Assembly (NCBI GenBank): GCA_012295275.1
Contig: CM022671.1
Span: 32,488,001 to 32,552,000, forward strand
Reading direction: 5' to 3'
DNA: 64,000 nucleotides
From: Chrysomallon squamiferum
Lineage: Eukaryota > Animalia > Mollusca
The notes below the pieces were generated by a model. It was not told where the DNA came from, did not search any database, and saw only the letters and a program-made list of their open reading frames with translations. Position 1 is the first letter of the stretch. Every line of letters begins with the position of its first letter. Positions 1-13,976 of this stretch are shown here, one piece after another. The translations under genes and the position numbers were made by a program.

Positions 1-2098
1 CGCTGGGGATACACAACTGCTGAAAAAGAGCCAACATTTGATTGTTTTTAGCTGCCAGGTTCAATCTATGATTTGAAACATAATGGCTGGAATGCGAAAA
101 AATTTCACGCCCGTCCCAGTCCTTTGACAAGTACACTCTTCTCATCTTTGGCACTTTAGCATTTCGTCTTCTACCACTTTTGTTTTTTCTACATCTGGAC
201 GTTGTCCACTTCTTGTGACCGACAAAGCCACTGTCCTTGTGAGTGAATGAAGATGCCAGTGATCCCCAGACCTGACTAGACAAGTTAAACGATTTCTGAG
301 CTGCTGCCTTGTTGAGAATGGTCCTCTTACCATCATGTTCAGAACACTCCTCATAAGAAGTCCTTTCAGTCTCCTCTTGGTCCTTTGACCCGTTTCTATT
401 GGATTTACCATGAGAGGAGAGCTTGTCACCATCACTCTCCTCTTGGTCTTTAGGCCCTTCGCTGCTGGATTTACCAAGAGAGGAGAGCTTTCCACTCCCC
501 GTTCCATTGTTCAGACCTGAATTGTCAGTATTACCTGAATCAGTATTCTTTCTGTCACTGTCGCCAAAGCCAAACATTCTGAAGTTGTTCATGCCGTTTT
601 CAGACAGAGGTTTCGCTAAGGGTGTTCCCTGAGGTGCAGCAATATCATCTCTGAAAAACACAACAACTACAGAAATGTTGTCACTCGAGCCTCTGTCTCT
701 GGACTGATCAACAATTGCTTTGGCGACTTCGGATTTGCTGCCATGTGTTTTGACGTGGGTGTAGACGATGTCGGGAATGTCGGAAGGTTCGAGAACATCC
801 CAGACGCCATCGCAGGCCAGGACAACGTAGTCTTCTTGACCATCCAGTTCAAAACTTGCCACATCAGCATCACTGCACACAAACGGCTTCTGGGTAACAT
901 CTCCTGAAATGGTAACAGCAAAGTCAGTAATAATTATTTCAGATAACTTATTTCAGTGAAATTATTTAAACGTTTATGAGGAAATGGCTAAAAAAACAGT
1001 CTTAAAAAAACATTCAGAAATAACAAAGATGTGTATTATTTTATTTAATCAAGTCTGCACCAGGTTTAAAATGAATTACTTTGAGATAAGTATGTTAATC
1101 AGGTAACATTAATGCAGTAACGATGACAGGAACTGATCAATGATGACAGTAACTGACAACAATCACCGTAACTGACCAGTGAAGACAGTAACAGACCAAC
1201 ATTTCCTAGTTACAGACTATTTAAACCTAAGTATTCTAATTAATGATGAACTGACCGATAGCTCTGGACACTGCAATATTTCCATTAACCCTCCATGCTC
1301 CAAAGAAGATAACGTATCCACCCAAAGCTTCAATTCTTGATCTTTCATCCTGCAATTATTTCAAAAACTAAAATTGTCAAATATCTGAGTCAAACTATAA
1401 CTTACATTAATCAAAATAAACAACCCCAAAACTCATCACACCTAAATATATTAGTAAATACACTAAAACCGAGATCTCACTAGAATTAACAATTCCTGTG
1501 TTGAGTCAAATTAACAAAAACAAAACAAACCAACATAAATGTACACACACAAATAAATACGTTAAAATTGATAATACCTCAGTAGAATTAATAATTCCGG
1601 CTTTCATTTATTTATTACCCGAATAATTTATTATTAGTTATTATTTTAACTAAATAAAAGTCTCAAAATATTACTAATAAAATTATAAATGCATTATTAT
1701 TATTATTATTACTATTATTGTTGTTACTGTTGTTGTTGTTCTCGTCGTGGTTGTTGTAGTTGTTGTTGTTATCATTATTATTTTTATTTTTTTTCCTATT
1801 AAATCCATTTTTTATTAAATGTTTAGTACAAAAGCGCACACCTCTCTCTCTGGTTTGTGAGGTTCCATGATGTTTACAACACCTCCATTCTTCACCAGAA
1901 TGGCCTGGGAGTCACCCAGCCAAGACACATGGAGAGTGCTGCCTCGTATCAGTGCTGTGACACACGTAGTACCACTTCGCAGGTTCTGAATGAAGAAAAT
2001 CACAAAAATATCAAATATATTTTTAATTTCATATCACCTTTAAAAGAATTTGTTTTCTTTGTCCAGGTCACTGAATTTACAATTAATAAAAAAAAGTA

Positions 2099-2151
<53 letters not shown>

Positions 2152-2377
2152 TGAATTTCTATAAACAAGAATGTCTTAAGTTGCTCCTGAAATATATATG
2201 CATGCACATGTGCACAGTCACACACACACACAAACATAAACTAGTTATCACTTTCATTCCGTAGTCAATTTTAAAATTTAGAACACCCTTTTAAAAAAAT
2301 AGTAACAATAAATAAATAATAACAGTTTAAATAATTAAAAATAATAATAAAATAATAATAATAATATAAATAAATAA

Positions 2378-2414
<37 letters not shown>

Positions 2415-2876
2415 AAATAATTAAATAATTAAATAATATTTAAAAAATAAATAAATATATAAATAAAATATAATTAAAATCTTACTCCTTTCTTGGCTCT
2501 GTCAGTAAATCTTTGATCAGTGAGGGCATATGCTCGTTTAGTGGCAGTGGCTGTGTCATCATTAAAATGTGGATCACGAATCATGTTTGTATGCAAATGA
2601 CACGAGCAATAAACTGCAGCATTCACGCCTCCGTGACCGTCAAAAACTGCATAGAAAGACTGAGTGGGTTCTTCCTATCGTAACAAAATGTGAAAGGTTA
2701 AACAGATCAATATTTTATGAACAGAAGCACATGAATGTGTGTGTTTACAGGTGTATATATGTAAACTTGTATATCTATTATGGCTATATATTTATATAAG
2801 TATCTTTTGTGTAATTATGTCGTTTGAGCTGATATATATGTATAATTGTCCATGACTATATGTATATAAAATATTG

Positions 2877-2908
<32 letters not shown>

Positions 2909-5900
2909 TGTATGTATGTATGTATGTATGTATGTATGTATGCATGCATGCATGTACATGTACATGAATGTGTATGTGCATGTTTGTGTACAATATATAA
3001 GTAAGTACAGAGAGACTTTTAAGATATCTACTTGCCCAGTGATAAATAGCTAAAAAGTATACCGTCTCTACCACTTTCTTTAAAAGAGCTTTTTTCTTTC
3101 TGTTGCCTTTTATAACAAGATATCTTTTTCTTTGTCTGTGTGTTTCTCTGTATACTTGAATAAGTTTGTTTTTCTGTGTATATACATGCACCCACGCACA
3201 CACAAAATCTGTGTATATAGACACCTATATATAGTTTAGTGGAGATATTTTAATATATGAACTAGCCTATTTATTCTCAAGGCCACATTTAATAACCTAC
3301 TTAACCACTGAAATGCAAATATTATAAATAATTCTTGACATGATAATACATGTCAGAAACACCTTAATTTTACTTTTATTTATATGTAAGCTGATAAAGA
3401 CGCTAAATCAACTGGCCAAAAAATCTTATTACAATATACATATCACCTTTATAAAGAGAACAATAATGTTATTGTGTAAAAATTATATTTGAGAAAGTCC
3501 TTTGATAATTAATAAACGTTTTTAAAAATTAAACATAATCATTCAAGCTTAAATTATTCAACAATACCACCACCACCACACACAGACATACTCATTCACA
3601 CTTATGTATGGGTACACATACAGACCCACAAACACACACACATGCAAGCACACACACCTACACACACACATGCAAGCACACACACCTACATACACACACA
3701 TGCAAGTACACATACCTACACATACGCACACACACACATACTTAAACACATAGATGAGCTATATACAATAAAAATGTTTTTATCCACTTGTAGTTTTAGT
3801 GGATTTAAGTGTTCTTGTTTGCACTGATTGTTATTTGTGTCTCTAATAACAAAAACTTTAAAAAACATGAGAATTTAAAAATAATACTGAATAATAAACA
3901 AAAGCAATTTCCTGACTATTAAAATATGTAATTTGAAATCTATCATTACAAAATGATGATCTTGAAATAGACCCCCCCCAAAAAAATTATATCATCATAT
4001 TTTTATCAATTTATAAATATGATTGAAATAATACAAACATTTTTCATTCAAAAATCAAACAAACATATTTATCAATGTATATTTAGATATAAATACATAC
4101 ATACATTCATATTTAGATATAAATACACATAAAAATGTACATATTTAGATATAGATGGTGGCATACACACACTTGTATACATATAAATTGTTTGTATGTG
4201 AAACTATATTAACACATATGACAGATAAACATATTTATTTAAGACAATGTGTAACACAAACAAAACAAGCCTGTCATCAAAACCATGCTGTTAAGTGATA
4301 GCGTCATTTAACACTCAAGCAAGGTAACCCAGGGTTAACTATGTCAGAATAAACAAAATATTTATTTTGTAATCCTACAGGGAAAATCAAGTCTGTCAGT
4401 TAATACCGGTGACTCTGAAAACTAGACACAATAATAAACCATAAAGTGCTCATTTTAATACTTATCATATTAAAATAAACATCCAGATTTTGGATTAATT
4501 TATTTTGCTTGTTCTATTTGATATTAATTTGATATCAAATTTGTAATATGTAATTGAATAACAGCACAATTGAAAATTGATAAATAACATACTTACTATA
4601 AATGAAATTAGTTTAATATTCACAGGATCAAATTAAATATTACACTTGATGATTTTTTTTGGCTACAAATTAATTTATTTTCATTACTTTTTTTAATAAA
4701 GAAACAGATATATTTATTCTGGTTTAATACAAATGAAATTAGTTTAATGTTCACAGAATCAAATTAAATATTCAACTTGACGATTTTATTGCAAAAAATG
4801 TATTTATTTTCATTGGGGTTTTTTGATATAAAAATATATTACTTTTATTCTGGTTAATAAGTAAAAATAAATAAAGAAACAATTTCATGGTTTAAAAATA
4901 GAAATGTTTTCCATATTACGCATCTTAGATACAAATTATTTTAGCGTTTTTAATTAACAGATTAATAATTTTAAAAACTGTAAATTGGTGTATAATACAT
5001 AACATTCATAGAATCAAATTAAATATCTGAGTTATGGCTTTATAATTTAAAATTACAAGCCAATCCCTGTATATAAAAATATTTGTATAATATATGCATG
5101 TATGATTCTGTTAGTCTGTCTGTATTTTTATATGTATTTATGTGTGCATGCGTGTGTGTATGTGTCTATGTGCCTATGGAACTAAATTGCTGCACAGCCT
5201 TTGCAAATAATAAAGTTTTACAAATACAAGCTCAGAAGAAATGCATGAAATTATTTTGTACATTATGAGAAAAAATAACAACAACAAAAAATAACAATAA
5301 AACAATAACGCTGACAAATTTAAGCTCTTTCTACATATCATCCATATATTTTTTAAGCTCACTCATAACAGATAAATATTTTATTATGTAATTCTGAGAT
5401 AAAAATTATTTTCAATTATAATGCTAAACAATTGAATAATACTGTGAATTACTCTCTTGCCAATATTAACAGTCTGCAGACTAACATTATTTCTTTCTAA
5501 TTCTGAGCTCAAAAAAGCAATGACAAAAAACAATTATCTTTAATTTTAATAAATGAATTCAACTATGTTACTCTCTCTCTCACCAACCTTAAGATTATAG
5601 AGTGAGTTGAGATCAGGAATGACAATGTGTACATCTTCCATCTTTCTTCGTGTGTTCTTTATGGCATGTGTGCTTGTCTCAAACACTCTCTGAGATATGT
5701 GTAGAATGGGCAAAGTCTGCTGCCACTGCTTACAAATATCATGTACAGCTGTCAGAACTTCTTTCAGAAGACGATTGGCATCAATTTCTGTAAAAGTAAA
5801 CAAAGAGTGTGCACTGAAGTTTTTGCTTTTTAAATCCAATATATATATATATTAGATGCAACAGTGACTTTGTAATGTGTTTTTCTAATTTTATAAACTT

Positions 5901-7220
5901 TACATTTAAAATGATGAAAATGGAAATGTCAGAGCACTGCAGTTTTTAAAATTATTAATTTATTTATGAGAAATGTTAAAAAAAAATTTAAATCTTAGAT
6001 GTAAAATGTGGAAAAGATCCACATCAGTTTATCAGTAAGTGTGGTTCATGGTGAGATGTCAAGGGAATTCATTCCAATTTAAATCTTTACAAGTAGCTGT
6101 TAATATATATTAACTAACTCAAAGTCAGACGAAAACAATTAGCTTTATTGTATGCTATATATAAATAACTTTAAGATATTTCTGTAACAAACATGTTGAA
6201 ACATTCAAGGAATAAACACTTACGAGGTATATGCGGTTCTGAAATGGATTCTTTGTTGTCATGATCAGTACTGTTATCATCATCATCATCATCATCATTT
6301 TCATGCTCAGGTAGTGAGAAACTGGATAAGTCTTGTTTTGATACATGTACATAAACTGATCGAGCTATGTGTGAGGCAAGAAGCTGGGGGCAGTTGCTGA
6401 AATATCAAAAAATGACTAATGCAATAAAGAATATAAAACTAATAGTGTATTGAATATTCTTAAAATAAATAAATACCACTGATAAAAATCAAAGACACAC
6501 AAATAAATATACCAGTAAATTAATATTTTAAATTCTGATAATAAAGAAATAATAATAATAAAAAAAAAAAAAAAATTCCAACCTGAAGAAAATGAATATT
6601 ATTCCATTTTGATAAAGATTATTTATCTATGACTGCATATTTATTTCAAGACATGAAATGGTTGGGTATTTTTACTAGTTTTCTTTAAAATATATCAGTA
6701 TAGAACAGATATTTAATGCAGTAAAAATTAATATCTTTTCTTTTAAATCCAATCATTAAATATTTGTATTATTCCAGTATAAGAATATATACATTTCATC
6801 ATTATATAAATTAAACTATATAATTTTAGAGTTCTGTGGAAACATTAATATTGCTTATATTAATATTTTAACCTTTCATAATTATTTCAGTTGTAATAGA
6901 CACTCTTTTAAATGTTATGTTAAAGATATACTTTAAAAAATAATATTCATCTTGAAATATGATAGTTCATTAACCCAGAGCACACAGATACACATTCAGA
7001 TATACTTTCATAATATGTTTATACAAACACAGACAAAACAGCATGCTTTTAAGCCTCTTTATTTTATGAAGAATCTGTAGAATATTTATGCATAAAGATT
7101 ACCAAAAAATCTGTAAAATATTTATGCATCATGATTATTTCTAAGAATGAAATTAGATCTAGTATCTAAAACCAAAATCACAATTTTTATTTTATTTTTT
7201 ATTTTAAATAATAATAATAA

Positions 7221-7251
<31 letters not shown>

Positions 7252-8583
7252 AAGAAAAAGAAAAGAACGAAAATTAAAAATTAAAAAAAGAAGAAGAAAA
7301 AGCACACTAAGCAATTTAATACTTGACTAAAATATGGTTTGTTTATAAACTGATAACCAGTAACAGTTTATCACTTCACAGTCTCTTTACTGACTTTTAG
7401 TGATTATTTAACTATCAGACATGAAGAGTTTATCTGCAGGTTGAAAATAATCTAATTTAATTTTTTTTCAAATTACACTGGATAAATATAGTTTAACAGA
7501 AATATATCAGTTTCTTTAATTTTTTGAACAGTAGTTCATGTCACTTTGGTTATTTATGCATATATTTATATTTATATTTATAGGGAACTTTAATACCTTA
7601 TATTAATTCTGCAGTTTATTGTTAAAATGAAATATAGCTACAACAGAACTCAAGGGTATATAATTTAAACATATAAAAAAAAAAAATTTAGCTATAATAT
7701 ATTTTCATGGAATATTTTATCACACATAGATAATATTTCTTAAGTGATTTGAAATGAAATGAAGAACTTCCTAGTAAGTATCAATGAAACAAAATATCTT
7801 AAATACTTAAAATGAAATATAGCCAAAGCAAAACTTCCTGATATAATATAACATGCAAAAATGCCATTAATTACTAAATTAACCAATGAATCAGTACTCT
7901 GAACAGCTGTAATTAGAAATATAGACATTATGTTTATTTTATAACCTAGGACATTCCTTGATGTGTTAGAAAATTCCAAAAATGTGTTTTGTTTTGTTGG
8001 TGTTTGCTAGTTATTTCTTAATCTTCAATAACTTTATAATACATTACCTATTGTGTTCTGCTGAATCAGGTTAAAGATTATAGTGTTTTAAAATGACAGT
8101 GATATCCAGTACTATTAACTGAACATATAGTTAGACATGGGGCTGTGTTAAGACTAGGGTAAAAACATAATTTATTTTCATATTTGGCAAAGAAACCCAG
8201 TGGAAGTATCTGGTAAATGTTTTCAGTTCAGTAAATATAGAAATGTATAAACATATAATGATAACAAAAAAACAAATAGACATATATGTTTCAAGATATA
8301 GAAACAAAAGTATTTTTTAAACAATTTTATAGTTTTCTTTGCTAAGAGAAATTTTAGTTTGATGTATTTTCTTTTGCTTTGTGAGAATACAAACACCCAC
8401 TTTTCCTGAATCCAGTCTGCAAAAGCACTTATTCAGTGCTGAACGTATTTTGACTAGTTTTATTTTAAGTTTTATATGGAACTTCGTACAGATCCAACCT
8501 AGACTAAAAATAGACTTTCGTTAATAAATAAGTGTTCAGATTAAAAGATAATGTGTGGGTGTATGGGATTGTTTGTATGTATA

Positions 8584-8649
<66 letters not shown>

Positions 8650-10776
8650 TTGTCTTAGAGACACACATAATTTTCATAACATGATATTCTAAATAACAAT
8701 CATTTTCATTTATAAATATTCCTGAAATTAATTATTTAACACTTATTTTGTAAAAATGATAACAAACGGCACATTACCAAATTTCTTGTAACATAAAATA
8801 AAATAAAAAAATAAATAAATATAAAAAAATAGAGCACAAAATTTATATTGCCATGGAGATTTTGTGAAGTTATTCAAATCAGGTTAGCTATCACAGCAAG
8901 CCATGTGTTTGGTCTGTGTGTTCATGTGAAGGCAATCTGCCTATCTTCAGTGTTTTCAATTTAAGGAGATTAGCAGCATAAGCAGGTCAGCCAAGGTAAT
9001 GCAGGAAGTAGATATCAGAAGCGGATTGCTTTATGCTTGACTGGAACTTCAGATTAACCTCAACTTTGTTTTCAATTTTATTACCAACACTTGCCAGTAA
9101 CTTAAAGACTAAAAAATTTCTCTGAGAATATTTTTTAAACTAATAAAAATAAAACTTTGTTTAGTTTAATTCTTTAAAATTCAATTTAATTTGAAGATTT
9201 TTGATACGAGAACAATTTTATTACCTACCAATATTTGGAATCATAGCTTTATAAATATAATTAATTTAAAATTTACATTCTGAAATGTTTATCCTTGTAT
9301 TAATTAATATGTACATTTGATGAAATGAAGAAACTGTCTGATTGCATTCAGTTATGTTTCATTTTGTTTTTTCTCTCTCTCAATTTTAAACAATAATGAT
9401 TCAGATAACAAAATGAGTGCAGATTAAAAATATATGGGCTCTCTATATGGGACCACTTTGCTCTTATTTCTTTTACTACTGGCAGAAAAAAATACAGCTG
9501 CCATATGGTGTGATAAGTTGTGAAGGAATAAAATAGCCTATTCCAAGGTTTTGTAACAGTATTATTTTGTCATACTTAATTATTAATGGTTATGGGTCAC
9601 TTAGACTAATAAAATAATAACTTGTAAGTGTAATAATAATTTTTTATTTTGTTATTATTATTATTATTATTATTATTTTTTAGATGATTCATCTGTAGCT
9701 ATTATCTGCCTTTTATAGTTTCAATCAGAAATGTAAAAGGTTAAAATTGCAAAACCAAAATTATTTCAGTACTTAGAACTTAACACTTTATACATAACTT
9801 TTTCTTTTATTATTAAATTTTAAAATAGATAGTAGCTGCTACATTTTTTCTTCTGTAATTCGTACTTTGAAATTCATTGACAGAATTTTGTCTTTTGTAT
9901 ACCATTGTCAGGAAACTTACAAAATCTTTACTCCTGTTTATTTTTATTTTTTTCTCAATTATTATCCATGTCTGCTGTATTTAAGTTCAATCTGATAGAT
10001 CATATTTTTATATTAATATCTGTACAAAAATCTATTTTATTTTGTGTAAATTTTTTATAAAATTTTATTTAAGTATATATTAGTATTGGTTATGAACTAT
10101 AAATCATAATATTAAAAATAATGTTAATAGTTTATGTGTATTTAAAATTTAGATTATTGTACTTTTATGAATATTAAAAAAAATACAGAAAGTCTGACAA
10201 AAAAAAAAAAAAATTTGAAATGCTAATTCATTATGAAGACAATATTTCTATGTTTTGAATAACTTACTTTTTCTTATTTTTTTAATGATCACATTTTTAT
10301 TAATTACTACAAGCATATTAACATGTATATTAAAAATAATAATAATAATAATAATAATAAATATCTAATTAAAAAAAGAAAAAGAAAAAAATGACAAAAT
10401 GAAAAAAGTAACAACAATTTAAATGTTTGGAATTAATTATGATACATAAAATAGACTGAATAATCTAGTTTGTTATTACAGTATTATTTCCAACTATGTC
10501 ACGAATGCACTGAAATATGCAAAATATTTTCACCTCTTGCACCTGTGCTAAATAAACTGATAAACTGATAAAGCTGTAACTGGATCTTAAAAATCTGTTA
10601 ATGTTATATTTAACAATTGTATATATTTTTTTAAATGTTCTTGGGTGTTTTCTAAATTAAATAATATTAATAAAGAAAGAAATATTAATTTAATAAAGAG
10701 GCTTATCAGTTATATCCGAATAATATAAAATATATATCACGATCAATATACACATATAGAAGTTCAGTAGTTATAT

Positions 10777-10851
<75 letters not shown>

Positions 10852-11132
10852 AACATCCTAAAAAGAAATATACGAATCATAAACAAACCTCTGGGATTTC
10901 TGTAATTTGTAAACAAAAACAAACGGCACAACTGTCAAACTTACTGTATAGACAAATACTGCAAAACCCAGCTCAAACATTCTCCTTCAACTTCTGATGG
11001 CAAAATACAAGGCGAATATAATTTTAAAGGTCTGTCATCTTCATCAAAAGATGGAGGTTCAAGTTCTCTGCAAAACTTGTCCAAAAATTTCTTAAACAAC
11101 TGAGGATCCGCAGTGGACGTGGGATTTGCCAT
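1..11132 (-). CDS. PPM1E: Protein phosphatase 1E/1F-like PP2C (PPM) Ser/Thr phosphatase; 7 coding exons, 3' end outside the window
   Basis: Exons (minus): 11132-10945, 6396-6224, 5787-5588, 2674-2486, 1985-1842, 1349-1256, 903-<1. All are GT-AG with consistent phases. The translation has PP2C motifs [62 protein letters not shown] and [11 protein letters not shown], plus a PPM1E-type N-terminal NCPQLLA segment and a long C-terminal tail still open at position 1. Confidence 0.93.
2101..2146. repeat. (AT)n microsatellite
   Basis: Visible perfect dinucleotide run. Confidence 0.95.
8587..8644. repeat. (GT)n microsatellite
   Basis: Visible perfect dinucleotide run. Confidence 0.95.
10780..10848. 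repeat. (GA)n microsatellite
   Basis: Visible perfect dinucleotide run at the start of PPM1E intron 1. Confidence 0.95.
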
Positions 11133-11793
11133 CCCTGAATCTCCTCTCAGACAGCCATTCGGCAATACACAAGTATCGGAAACAATCACCCTATTATTAC
11201 CGCTAGGCGTCGCTTCGTCGTTTTGTTTTTGTTAGAATCTTTCCATTACTGCTAATGAATTAAAACAATTTGAAATATAAATCCCACTTTCTTTGGATGC
11301 ATGACAGAAGTTTTATGTCTTTAATATCAGTTCGAGACAAGAGAATATGCCACGATATTTGATGATGTTAATATTAATCCATTAGTACGAATATTTTTGT
11401 TTAGTCCTGTACCAACTCAAAATGAACCGATCTGTTTCGAAATGGCACAATACTTCACAAACATATTTAACGCGCCAAAGTCAATCTAAGAAGTTAATTT
11501 AGCGGTATATAACATATTTATGAATATTTATTATATTTGTATATATTGATTTATTATTTAAATAATTTCTAAAAACCTAATTACAGGCAGTAATATTGCT
11601 TATTTGTAATCATAATCGTGATTCATCATGAATTTCTTGTTAACTGGTAATGATAATTATCTGCAATCGATCCACGATACGTCATTTTTAAAAAAAATGT
11701 ATTTATAAATATTCTACTGATCCAAAATGTACATATTAACAAGATGTATCACTCAACAATAGAACATTTTTATTTTTAAAATTATTATTATTA

Positions 11794-11828
<35 letters not shown>

Positions 11829-12422
11829 TAAAAGTGGAAAAGGACTCTTAATCAGTGATGGTTGTTCAGGTAAGTCCTGAATGATTATATTCACTGAGTA
11901 ATTTGTCCTATTCCAGCCAGTGTTTCCTGATGTGTCATTGTCAATTTTTATTTTATATGCACTGAAGTCTTGTTAAACAAATATTCATAGATAAAAAAAA
12001 AAAAAAAAAAAGTGTTCACTATCTTTAAAAATACTAAATAAATAAATTAAGAGTAAAAAGAAAAATACACCATTTTATTCAAATCTAGAGCACTAAAACT
12101 GAGCTAATTTGATACAATTAAATAAAAAACATTTTTCAACTTGATTTTAATTTAATTTTTCTGATATATCATTTTTAAAATAAATTGTTTGTCTAATAAC
12201 TAATATGTCTATGTATTATTTGCTTGGAAAAGAATTAGTGTATGGAAGATGACTTTTAAAAAAAAAATTCTGACTAAAATAAATTCTTAGGGGGATTATT
12301 ATTATATTATTAATTTTTTTATTTATTTATTTTTTTTTTTTATTTCTTTAATCATTCATTTTATTTTAAGCATTCATTTTATTTTATTTATTTATTTTAT
12401 CTAATTTTTTTTGTAGGATAAA
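11133..12422. promoter_or_regulatory. Probable bidirectional promoter and 5' UTRs between PPM1E and RAD51C
   Basis: Divergent start codons at 11132 (-) and 12423 (+). A polypyrimidine tract with AG ends at 12416, just before the RAD51C ATG, implying a 5' UTR intron; a candidate donor CAG|GTAAGT lies near 11870. Confidence 0.55.
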
Positions 12423-13945
12423 ATGCAGAGTCAAAGAGAACTGAGTACATTTGCTTTGAGTCCAATTATGAAAGGCAAACTGACTTCTGCTGGTTTCTTA
12501 ACAGTTGAAGATCTCTGCAGCATGAAGCCATCAGAGCTTAGTAAAGGTGAATTGTTAACCCTGGAAGTGGCCCAATTCTTTATGTGCTGGACATTTATAA
12601 AATTTCATATTTCATTGACACTCTGTACTGAATTAATTAGTGAAATAATAAGTTTACATTTGGCCTGAATTTTATATCTAATGCTATCATTTGGTGGCAT
12701 TTTGTTGAGTGAAAAAAATATCCATGATGCTTGGAGGGTTAATATTTATTTATTTACATTTATATGTTTGGTATTCAAGTTTTAAAACTTCTGTTCAGCT
12801 TCTTCTGATTAATTACAAAGCTATAAAAACTATCAATACCATTAATAATATTAGCTGAGAAAAGACACCTTGTCTGTGGAAAGAAATTATGTAAACCTCT
12901 ACTTTGATATCATTAACTCAAGATTAACTATTAAATAAATAAACAAATAAATATATAAAGCAGAGTGAGATGCTGATTACATGTGCCATATAGTTCAGCA
13001 AAGATTAAGGTATGTAGAAAGGTGATACAAAAATATATCAGTGGGATTTTTTTATTTTTTTCAGAATTGAACACTACTGCAGAAGAAGCCCTAGAGGTTC
13101 TACAGACAGTTTTTCCAGAAAACACAACAGCAATACCTAACAGGAAACCAGCTGCACCAAAATCAGTTACTGCTCTTGAACTGCTCAACAGTGAACACAG
13201 TCAGCAAATGATTCTGACTTTTTCACAGGAGATTGACTCAATGCTTGGAGGAGGAGTTCCACTTGCAAAGATCACAGAGTTTTGTGGTGCTCCTGGAATA
13301 GGCAAAACACAAATGTGGTGAGGATAGTCACATATTTTGTTGTTTTTTAAGAGTTTAAATTGCAAAAATTATTTTATAATCTATTCATTCAAAGTGAATG
13401 AAATGATAAGTATTAGATGAATATGGATTTGGTCTTATTTAGATTGACTATCATTGACTATAAAAAGCAGTTGAGACACGATAAATTACAAAAATATATT
13501 AGTCTGCTTTAGTGGGTTTTTTTTAAAATAAAACATTTATTTGTATGAATTTTTGAAAATAAAAGACATTTAAAAAAAAAATCATGTATGAGTGGATTTT
13601 AAATGTGATTATTATTTAACATAGCTTGCAATATGTCAGTGGTTTCTTTATGCAAAACAAAGTTACATATGTAAAAGATCAATAACTTTAACATCATTAC
13701 AGCTCTGTAAACAAAAGCAGCTTTATATTTAGTAATATATTTACCAGGGGATAACTTATTTAATATAACAAACAGTTCTTTATTTGTACTATTAAAACAG
13801 ATAAGGTTTGAATTTCAGTAAAATATCAGTGGTAACATTTCAGAATTGGAAATCTTTTCATAGTATGTAAATAAGTTTTATATTTATGAGTTTGTAATAA
13901 AGGTGATGATTTAGAAAAGCTCATATATACAAAAACATACATACA

Positions 13946-13976
<31 letters not shown>

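Noticed and set aside
142-921. Track ORFs 142-507, 423-632 and 667-921
   Set aside because: Off-frame or antisense shadows of the last PPM1E exon.
11232-11246. Upstream ATG (MERF*) as the PPM1E start
   Set aside because: It terminates after four codons. At most it is a uORF, and the transcription start is unknown.
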